From: Chlorokybus atmophyticus
Taxonomy: Eukaryota; Plantae; Mesostigma and Chlorokybus algae
Length of the DNA: 64,000 bases
Reading direction: 5' to 3'
Assembly (NCBI GenBank): GCA_009103225.1
Contig: RHPI01001737.1
Span: forward strand, 988,091-1,052,090
Shown here: positions 1-9,599 of the stretch, one piece after another
How positions within the stretch are numbered: position 1 is the stretch's first letter
Layout: each line of letters begins with the position of its first letter
Notes under the pieces: model-generated
The model's input: only the letters and a program-made list of their open reading frames with translations
The model's database searches: none
What the model was told of the DNA's origin: nothing
Made by a program: the position numbers and the translations under genes

Positions 1-3000
1 CTATAGCTAAGCATACAACTTGTGCTCGTGTAAACGTTGCAGCACGTGCCGTAGAAGACTCACATGCTCGTCCTTCTTCTTCGGGTACACTAGAATGTCG
101 CCGAGGTACACGGGGACTCCCTTACCCAGCAAGTCAGCCAAAAGGCTGTTCACCAATGTCTGAAATGTCGCTGGCGCGTTCGTAAGCCCAAACGACATCA
201 CCAACCACTCATAATGTCCATAGCGCGTGTTGAACGCTGTCTTCTCCACGTCCTCAGGTGCGATGCGGATCTGATGATAACCTCCAGCAAGATCAAGTGT
301 GGTAAAGTACTGCGCACCTTGTAGCTGCTCCAGCAACTCGTCAATACGCGGTAGTGGAAAGCAGTTTTTTTTGTAATGGTATTAAGCGCTCGGTAATTAA
401 TGCACATACGCAGACTCCCGTTTTTCTTTGGCACGCACACACCAGTATTGGTGCACCATAAGGTGACTTACTTGGCCGGATGTAACCTCTCTGTAAAAGA
501 TCCGCTATCTGCTTCTTGGCCTCCTCCAACTGCAGAGGTGACAACTTATATACAGGCCTGTAGGGTGGCTTGTGCACGCCCTCATTCAACTCCACACGAT
601 GATTAACGCCGTGAGGGTGGCAGACCAGCTGGAAGTCCGTCCACCATGATTTCTTAGTAGTCCTAAACAAGTTTGCACACCTTGGGGTCCATCGTAGCTG
701 TCTCAGTGCAGTCACTCAGATTCGGTGCTGACTTTAATGTACTTTAACGCACCACGCACAACCATGCAGCCTTCGCTTTTTGTGGGGATAGCGGCCTCTC
801 CAATTGCACATAGAAAACTTGAATAATGCTAATCCCACCTGATTGCGCGTGCCGTACCTTTCCGGTGCTTGTGTCCCCTTGCAGGTGCCCAACACACGTG
901 CGCATACTTGCCTTAGCGACGTCCGACGCAGCTATGACAAAGCCTTTCTTGCTTTCCTCGCAAGAGTGGTCTTGCACTGCGATGGAGCACGCGCGTAGAC
1001 CTTGATTGGACTCTCCATCATTTCCTTTAATGGTGAGCACACGCTTTCTCCAATTGATAGATGGTTTATGTTGCCACAACCACGGTAGTCTCAAAAGTCC
1101 ATCAAACCCGTTCCGTAGGGTGACGCAGCAAAAACGCATATTCTCCTTCAACTTCCCCATGTGAACACACAACTCCTTGGTTAATAACGCAGCACCGGTA
1201 CCTCCAGAGGGTGGTTCCCCATCAGCAACTTTCACTTCTCCTCCTTGTAATGGTGAAAGCCAACCGTAGCGCCGTGCAACCTCCTTACTCGTGAAGTTGC
1301 TGTTTGATCCACTATCAACCATAAGGTTGCACTCCCTCCATTGTCCGAGGTCATCGTAAATGCGTGCTAGAAGCCCAATGTACTTTGTTGCCTCCTCGCT
1401 TGCATCACTTACCACCATGGGCGTGTTCATAGCCACCTCCATTTTCTTCCTTGGTTGTTGCGATGTCACAATCTCCATTTGTGCGTGAGGCTCCCCCTCA
1501 TCCCCAGTAGCCTCCTTATCTACTAAGGCGAGTTGTTTCCCTGATCCTCCACGCCATCTTCCTCCATTGCGTTGATGCGTCGTGCGCGATATGTGTTGCC
1601 AGCTAATGTAGACGTTTGCGTGCGCCGTTTCGAGCAATTAATCGCCAAATGTTCTGTCGAACCACACATGTAGCACTAACGCACGCTGCTACCTGCCTCA
1701 CCATGTCTACCGTGCTTCGCCACGCCGTTTCGCGTGTGTACGGCACCCACCTCCATTGGTGATGGTCCAAATCAGCTCCACCTTCCTTTGCAAGTTGTCA
1801 ACTTGGTTCCCTTCATGTCCATGCAAGTTGAAAGCTTCCCCTAGGGTGATCACCACGCTCTTGCTTGCTCCCACGCCTCTAGTCAGCGTTTGTTGCAGAA
1901 GACTTGAAGTACAACGCGTCGAGACGCTTCGCGATGCGTATAGCTTCCGCCAAAAGCTTTAGGGTCCCGTAGCTCCACTTCTTTGCGTCAAAAAGCTTTC
2001 AAACCACGTGTACCTGTCCAACTGCTCTTCCTTGGTCATGTTGGGTATGGACATCAACAAACGCTGAACGTAGCCGTGTACGCCGTGACCGACCCCGTTT
2101 GCATAAGGGCTGCAATTTTATCGCGTGCGGCCTTCACACCCTCCACGGGAACAAACTGATGCCTGATCTCCAGAGCCAACTCTTCCATGGTGGTCAATGG
2201 TAGCGCCAACCCATTTGCAACACGCGTACAACGATGTCTCCACCATACAAGTGCTGCACCTTCAAGCAATGTCACTGCAACCACCACGTGCGGATGCGTG
2301 GGCACCTCCGTGAGCTTCAACCGAACTGATTCTTGAAAAGTCCATTCGTCTACTGCATCTCCATCATGTTAACCCGTGAATGGCTTGGGCTTTGGAACCT
2401 TCACATGCACGCGCAAGCTTGATGCCATGGGAACTTGTACACGCGCCATCGCATGCTCATACGCCTTGCGTTGTGCTTGTGCCGCCGCTTGAGTGTGATG
2501 AAGCTCTTCCCTCAATGCTAAGATGGCAGCTTGAAGCTCTTCCATGTGAGCATCCTCCATCTCCACTAACACACTACACTCCGCTTCCAAATGAAACGTA
2601 TAAACGCCCACACACTTCCTCTCTCACCTTCGTAAATCGTGCTCCGGTACTAATTGTGACGGTGCTCGTGCCTTGTCACCTGCGAGTTGGTCCACTTAAC
2701 AACCCTCTCACCAAGACACGCTATTGACACCAAACCTTGCCCCCTCTGCCAAGCACGCACGCGCGCCCCGCCACTCTCGTACGCACGCACATGCGCTTAA
2801 AGCTACACACCGACTTGTGTAGCGGTTCGTCACACAAGCAAGCACACATTAGTGGACACACGCTAGCAACCTCTGCTAACCACCACCAAGCTTGCACACA
2901 AGAAACTAGGGAGCTAAAGGCTGTATTGCACATTGTAGAATGTCGCTTTTATACCTAACAGTCTGCACATGCTACTGTATAGACGATTCCCGTGCTACAC
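1..3000 (-). mobile_element. Degenerate Ty3/Gypsy LTR retrotransposon, 5' part (gag, protease, start of RT); continues beyond window start
   Basis: Gag-like 2054-2611 (VAVTLLEGAALVWW...AARDKIAALMQTGSVTAY); retropepsin 744-1637 (LMVDSGSNSNF); RT 7-715 (PYRPVYKLSP, LDLAGGYHQIRI, YEWLVMSFGLTNAPATFQ, VYLGDILV). Frameshifted. Probable LTR edge at 2725 and TATA-like motif near 2945-2955 on minus strand; the outer LTR end was not identified. Confidence 0.9.
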
Positions 3001-3320
3001 AAAACCAGATGCTAAGATGTTAATGCAGAACCTTGTAGTATACTTCTAGACCTTTCTTACGCACCAAAGGTTCCCTCCTGATTAGGTGCTCATATGGTCA
3101 AGTTATACTACTTGGCGCCAGGCTTTTCCAGAAATGTGGTCGAGCCCTTCTCGACTGGCCCTCCGTTTTCTGGCACCTTTTGGACTGGTCCTGGGCCCCG
3201 ATCGATATCCGCGGCAGACTCATAACTCGCCGATATCTGCCACAAGTCATGAAAACGTGGTGCTCGATAAATGGGCCAAATCAGGTCTCAAAATCATGAA
3301 ACTTAGCCTCGACAGTTACA

Positions 3321-4150
3321 GGTGTGAGTGTCATGGTGCATTAGCCGCTGGATGGGGAATGGTATGCGGGCGTTGTGGAATCATTCAAGCAAGCGTCAGG
3401 TCAGCATCGCTTTTGGGCATGCGAGAGTAAGGACGCATCATATATGCATGGTGCAATGGAAAATGGCTTTGCAGGGAAGCACCGTATAGTATTCGATGAC
3501 GGTGATCGATCACAAACCATCAATTTTAAAGGGCACCACGCATTCGCGTACACATTTATTGACGGGGCACGCCATGTTCTGCGCGCCGCCGGAGGGGAGA
3601 ATATTCAGTCGCAAGGTAAGCCCGGACGGCATCATTGTTAGTCCCTGGCCAGCACCACGGCCAGCCTTGACCACATACACACCATTTAACAACAAGCTTG
3701 GACGCACATGCAGACCAAGGGCACTCGACCTATTCTGCGGCGGTGGCGGTGCAAGTGTCGGTCTATATCACAGGCTTTAACGTGACCACGATGGACATAA
3801 GTTCCTTCTCTGAGTACCCGCTGCCCTTCATACACTGCGATGTATACACCTTGAGTGCAGGAGACCTGCGCGAGTACAAGCTCATATGGGCCAGTTTACC
3901 ATGCCAGGCCTATTTAGGTGCTATCCCGGCACCTCAAGGGGCGGCACATGGCACATCCTGGAGACACCAGGATATGCTACTGCTCGTCCGACATCTGCTG
4001 CTTGCAAGCCAGGTTAAGTTTGTGATTGTGAATGTGCCAGGAGCAGCTTCCTCATTCAGACCCAATCTGTCCCTTTGTGGCACGATGCTTGGCCTATCAA
4101 CCTTGCGACACCGTTTGAGACACAGCCAATGGTAGCTACCCACCAGCACG
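3321..4150 (+). pseudogene. Tudor domain + prokaryote/phage-type C5 cytosine DNA methyltransferase, disrupted
   Basis: Removing a 75-nt GT-AG intron (3400-3474) gives VMVH*PLDGEWYAGVVESFKQASGKHRIVFDDGD (Tudor-like). From 3712: RALDLFCGGGGASVGLY (motif I), GFNVTTMDI, YPLPFIHCDV, LIWASLPCQAY (motif IV, catalytic Cys kept), FVIVNVPGA (motif VI), LCGTMLGL..LRHR-FET. One stop and at least 2-3 frameshifts. Confidence 0.8.
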
Positions 4151-4193
4151 CTGCTCGCACGTGGGCAAGGCGGTCACACCGACTGATGTTCAA

Positions 4194-4494
4194 GGACCAT
4201 GAATGGTCCGTGACGCAGGACCAAGATTTTCCCCTGCTAAGCGAAATCGGTGGACCATGCACGTTCTGCTTTTTATCGGCAGTCGGACCATGCATGGTCC
4301 GAATTTAACGTGAATGGTACCATTGTCCCTTGGGATGCACCAGGCATGGTGGCCAGTATGCATGAGATTTGTGGACCATGTATGGTCCGACTTTATCATG
4401 CAGAAACGAACCAAGGTTGGTCCATGCATAAGTGAGTGTGTGTGGACCATATATGGTCCGAATTCTACATGTTAACATGGACCAAGCTTGGTCC
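4194..4494. repeat. Array of 16-bp palindromes GGACC-N6-GGTCC, about 35-bp period
   Basis: Copies start at 4194, 4218, 4252, 4285, 4337, 4373, 4408, 4444 and 4479; perfect palindromes at 4285, 4444 and 4479. Confidence 0.9.
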
Positions 4495-4649
4495 ATTCTT
4501 GTAAGCAAGTGTAAAATATAATGGGTGTTTCAGACTAGATCCGGTCCGATCTGTGGCACAACAAGATCATATCTTGCATGCAACAAGCAGACTAGCAGTA
4601 AAAATGTACATATTATATTCACAATCATCCACCACACTTCACAAAGCTC

Positions 4650-5782
4650 TATCATAGCTGAGTAGCTGACCTACCTAGCCTAGTACACCTCTGTCTCTAA
4701 CAAACTGCAAGCTTTCACGCAGAGCCTGCACATGACAAGTGCGCATGAGCGTGTGTGAGAATGCACGTGCGCCTGTGCGCGCGTGCGCACGCTCGTATGT
4801 GTGAGTGTGAGCGTATGCAATGTGCATGCGCACAAGCTTACAAGTTACTGGCAGTTGTGACAAGCACGCTTGTGCTTGTCACAACTGCAAGTAACTTGTA
4901 AGTGCACGCGCACGTGCATGCCGTGAGGAACAGTCGAACTGTTCCTTTTGCAATGCGTGCGTGCGCGTGTGCGCACACAAGTGTGTGTGAGTGTAAGTGT
5001 ATGCGCGATTTGTATACATGGCACTAGATGTGTTCGTTTGTGCATCTGTATCAGTGGCTATGCATACGAGACAGGCCTTGCACGCACCTTGCTGAATGGT
5101 GGGACTGACGGTGATTGTTGACAATCGAGGGCTGTCAAATAGCCCTTGATTGTTAAACGGACAGTCCAGGGTCAGCAATCGAGGGTTGTCAGACAGGGCT
5201 TTCAAGAGGTCCTGTGCAACACAGAAGCAGCTGGCATCAGAGTTGGGTGGGTTGCAATGCAAGCAGCCAACCCTGCTGTGTGTGCGCGCGCACACGCGCG
5301 CGCACACGTGCACGCACGCGTGTTGACATGCAAGACTGTTGATAAAGGTATGCACTTGCTTGTTGACACATACACATGCATATGATTGTTGCAAGACATG
5401 CACCGATTGTACACTTACTCACGTGCAGGGCCTGCGCGCATGTCGGGTGGTAACTTGACAGTCAATCCGACTGTCGAGACTCAATAGTCGAGGCTGTCAA
5501 CAGGGCTGTCACATAGGTACGAACCCTGTGCATGTATGTGTCAGTATGTGCGACTATTGTTGTGTGCGTGTACGCATGCGTGCACCCTTGATGAAATCTT
5601 GATTCGTGCAGCACTTGCACGCGTGTGGCACACACATGGTGTGTATCACCTTTGCATTAAGTTATGTGCGCCTGCGCCTGCGTGCATGTCTAGGTGTGTG
5701 TGGCCGTGTCAATGTGTGTATGCATGTGCGCACGTGCGCGTGTAAAAAGTGTGCTGAAGTGTTTGCGAGTCTGCTAAAAGAA
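4650..5782. repeat. CA/GT/GC-dinucleotide-rich low-complexity region
   Basis: Runs such as gtgtgcgcgcgcacacgcgcgcgcacacgtg; the ORFs here are compositional. Confidence 0.8.
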
Positions 5783-6411
5783 NNNNNNNNNNNNNNNNNN
5801 NNNNNNNNNNNNNNNNNNNNNNNNNNNNNNNNNNNNNNNNNNNNNNNNNNNNNNNNNNNNNNNNNNNNNNNNNNNNNNNNNNNNNNNNNNNNNNNNNNNN
5901 NNNNNNNNNNNNNNNNNNNNNNNNNNNNNNNNNNNNNNNNNNNNNNNNNNNNNNNNNNNNNNNNNNNNNNNNNNNNNNNNNNNNNNNNNNNNNNNNNNNN
6001 NNNNNNNNNNNNNNNNNNNNNNNNNNNNNNNNNNNNNNNNNNNNNNNNNNNNNNNNNNNNNNNNNNNNNNNNNNNNNNNNNNNNNNNNNNNNNNNNNNNN
6101 NNNNNNNNNNNNNNNNNNNNNNNNNNNNNNNNNNNNNNNNNNNNNNNNNNNNNNNNNNNNNNNNNNNNNNNNNNNNNNNNNNNNNNNNNNNNNNNNNNNN
6201 NNNNNNNNNNNNNNNNNNNNNNNNNNNNNNNNNNNNNNNNNNNNNNNNNNNNNNNNNNNNNNNNNNNNNNNNNNNNNNNNNNNNNNNNNNNNNNNNNNNN
6301 NNNNNNNNNNNNNNNNNNNNNNNNNNNNNNNNNNNNNNNNNNNNNNNNNNNNNNNNNNNNNNNNNNNNNNNNNNNNNNNNNNNNNNNNNNNNNNNNNNNN
6401 NNNNNNNNNNN
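5783..6411. other. Assembly gap (629 N)
   Basis: Continuous N run. Confidence 1.
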
Positions 6412-7220
6412 CCACTGTGCTGTGGGGGGGCTGTCGACAATGGCTGTAAGAAACTTCACCTGTTGTTGTGGTCGAGCAGAACGGAAGAGAGAACACACCC
6501 CTCACCAAAGCGCGTTTGTGCGCCCTCCAAGGGCCCGGCTATCCCCAAAGCACAAAAGTTTGAGCCTGACTTGCATGTATATGCACGTGCATGTGCCCGC
6601 ATGTGTTGATGTGCATGACTGCAACGCGCGGGGGGGGAGGGGGGGGGGGTCGACAATGACTGTAAGTAAACTCACTTGGTTGCTTGTTTGGCAATAGTGT
6701 CACACGTGAGAATGGGCCGTTGCTTTGCAGCCCAGCATTGGTCAGTGTGCGCGGCCTGTGCACGCGCATGTGTGCACATGCCGCGCAAGTGCATTCACCT
6801 TTGTGCGCCTGTGCACGGTCTTGAGCATAAACGTGTATGCTCATGTGTCTTCACTAACATAGACATGATGTGTGAAACACACAGGCGTGCTTGTGCCACA
6901 CACATGCGTACACTTGCGCGCACACATAACACAAATTAATGCTCACCTGCAACTTGCAGGAATGGCAAGCGGTCCAAGTTGTTGAAGTCTTATTCACAGC
7001 TGCTCCGCTTCACATTCGCTCCTGTCGCCACTCGCTGCAGCCTGCAATTGGTGGTTTGAACCATGTAAGTTAGCAGCACCAAGTAGGAGACTGTGCAGGA
7101 CAGCCAAGGCATCAAGCTATGCATAGGCAGCATGTGGTGGTGTCTATCAGCTGCTGAAGCCCCAAAACAAATATTCGTTTTATCAACATTGTCAACTGTT
7201 GTGACAACCATGTGTCAACA

Positions 7221-7620
7221 CTGGTGTACACAACAACTGCGTATGCTTGCGTGCACATGTGTATGAGTATGCGTGCATGCATGTGTGCTTGACATGTGGG
7301 TTTGACTGCCTCGAAACCGACAGTCCTCGACTGTCAGCTAACCCTATATGGTTGGCTCGACTATCGGCCACCCTTGGAGGGTGTCGGCCAACCTTGGAGG
7401 GTATCAGCCAACCGGCTGATAGTCGAGGACTGGTGTATACAACATTTGCATATGCTTGCGTGCACATGTGTATGAGTATGCATGCATGCAAGTGTGCTTG
7501 ACATGTGTGTTAATTGCCTTGAAACCGACAGTCCTCGACTGTCAGCCAACCCTCCAAGAATTGGCTGACAGTCGAGGACTGTCAGTTGGGGCCAATTGAC
7601 AGTCGAGGCTTGCAACTGCG
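7221..7620. repeat. Tandem repeat (209-bp period) with GACAGTC-NNN-GACTGTC mini-hairpins
   Basis: 7221-7345 matches 7430-7555; motif gacagtcctcgactgtc near 7319 and 7528, inverted version near 7567; related motifs at 5100-5510. Confidence 0.75.
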
Positions 7621-8037
7621 GCTGTACCTGCTGCGATGGCTGTAGCTGCTGCGGCTGTCGCTGCGGCTTCACATGGTCACTACTGCTTCTGTAGCACGAC
7701 AGCAAGGTTGTCTGTTGTGCAATAGAAACAGCAGCAGTCGTAAACACAACAGCAAACTCTACAACATGCTACATGCAGACGACGGCAGCTGCAGCAAAGG
7801 GTCAACAAAGAAGTTGAAAACAACAACAGTGACAACGAGCAAAGCGTACCAACGGTAGCAGCTGCTGCCGCTGTTACATTTTGCCGTTGCAGCAGCACTG
7901 CTATGTGCCACAGTGTGCATGCACAACACGACAATTGCTGTGTGGCTGTTTGCTGTTGTTGGTTTGCTCGCTCGCAACGACTACGACAGCAAACTGTTTG
8001 GCTCCAGCAATTGCTAGCTTTAGCTACCAACACCCAC

Positions 8038-8040
8038 CGT

Positions 8041-8077
<37 letters not shown>

Positions 8078-8078
8078 T
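8038..8078. repeat. (CCG)n microsatellite
   Basis: About 13 consecutive CCG units. Confidence 0.95.
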
Positions 8079-8230
8079 CCAGCGCTATACGCCACCACAA
8101 CGACAGTCCTGCAGTGCTTAGGCACTGCCAGCTGTCAAACTAAAACTAAACTCGCAGATGAAATCAACGCTGACGTGTACGGTTTGGGCTGACCTTGAGT
8201 CAGCATGCACTCGTTCTATATACGAACAAT

Positions 8231-8740
8231 GCATGGTCCCGTAACGAATACGGGACCATGCTTGGTTCATGCGTTAGGGTATGACACATTTGCACCCGTA
8301 CAGTGCACATTACGTACGAGCCATACAGTCTAACCTCGATAAGTGCATACCATCAAAAACGGGCATATGTATGCACTTATCGCCTTTATGTATCCTCGTT
8401 AAGTGCATAAATTATGCACCCGCTTTAAATGCATATAATATGCACGTAAGCTTTGCATAAATGCACAACCTATGCACTTATTGAGTAAACCTAGTCCTGA
8501 GCTACGTTGTAATGTATACGACCGTAACTTCAATGCACTGTAATCGTAATTTTTCTGTAACTCAAGCGTAATCTACCTTGATAAGTGCATAGACACACTA
8601 AAGGTTAGGCGTCTCATAGTATGCACTTATCAATAAATGCATATGCTCTTAACGCACAGGTCTTCCCCCTGAAGACGTCGGTGATGGCCGAATTTATGCA
8701 CTAAACGCGGATATGCACTAATCGAATATGCACTTAACGA
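8231..8740. repeat. Hairpin plus array of TATGCACTTA / TAAGTGCATA motifs in both orientations
   Basis: Perfect 13-bp stem 8231-8261 (gcatggtcccgta-acgaa-tacgggaccatgc); more than a dozen TGCA-core motifs in an AT-rich 450 bp. Confidence 0.75.
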
Positions 8741-8819
8741 GGTTAGACTACCATGTACAGGGTTCGTACATCAGTGTATGAACAGCTGCACCAAGTCGAC
8801 ACGAGGGACCCTAAGAGCG

Positions 8820-9120
8820 CGCCATGCACGGTCCGTCCATCTAAGAGCGCGGACCATGCATGGTCCGTACGCCTGGTGACGGACCGGGGGAATGCCTGGT
8901 CCGGCCGCGGACCATACATGGTCCGGACATCCGCAAAAAATTGGACCAGTATCGTAGCTGGTCCGGCCGCAAACCATGCATGGTGCGTGCTTGCGCGCCA
9001 GGTATCGAAGCCTCGAAAGGACCATGGACGGTCTGTCCCCCGGGGACCAGGCACTCATGGACCTCGACCCCGCGGGCCATGTATGGCCCGCGGGGTCCGT
9101 GGAAGGACCATGCATGGTCC
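8820..9120. repeat. Second GGACC-N6-GGTCC palindrome array
   Basis: Perfect GGACCATGCATGGTCC at 8851 and 9105, variant at 8909, degenerate copies between; 15-bp perfect stem at about 9067-9098. Confidence 0.9.
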
Positions 9121-9599
9121 TTGAACGTCAAGCCGTGTGGGTTGAACTGCTATCACCGCACCTGTCCGCTAGCACGAAAAAAACAGTTGTGACATCAAAC
9201 GCGCCACAGCAAATGTACCCGGTCTATGGCCTTTTAAGCACCAGGGGCGGTTTGCTGCATGGCAAACAGCGCTGGGAGTGCCATGGATAAACTCGGCCGT
9301 TACCACAGTGAATGCAGTTCCTCTCGCAATGGCGGAGTGCATAGGGCGTCTCATGCTTAACACAATGGTTATGCGCTGTGACTACCCTCCTGTGGCATGG
9401 AACTATGAGGCTTGAGTGTGTTGCACTGTATTGAGGCTTAATGCCACACAGCTGAGTGATTGTTGAATATGGCATTCAACATTCGATTATGGTGACAGCT
9501 GTGCAGTAACAGCTGCGCGGTATTGTACACTTATAAAGGTCTTGACATACGAGCAATGCCTAACTGACCGATATGCTCCAAACTCAGACGAGTGAGACG

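Noticed and set aside
2700-2960. Tf1/sushi-type self-priming PBS for the first Gypsy
   Set aside because: No sequence complementary to the putative PBS could be found near the predicted transcript start.
4194-4494. CRISPR-like repeat-spacer appearance of the palindrome array (also 8820-9120)
   Set aside because: Repeats are only 16 bp and variable, the 18-20 nt spacers are related to each other in an A/B higher-order pattern, no cas genes are present, and the context is eukaryotic.
5606-6697. Long ORFs across the N gap
   Set aside because: Artefacts of translating Ns.
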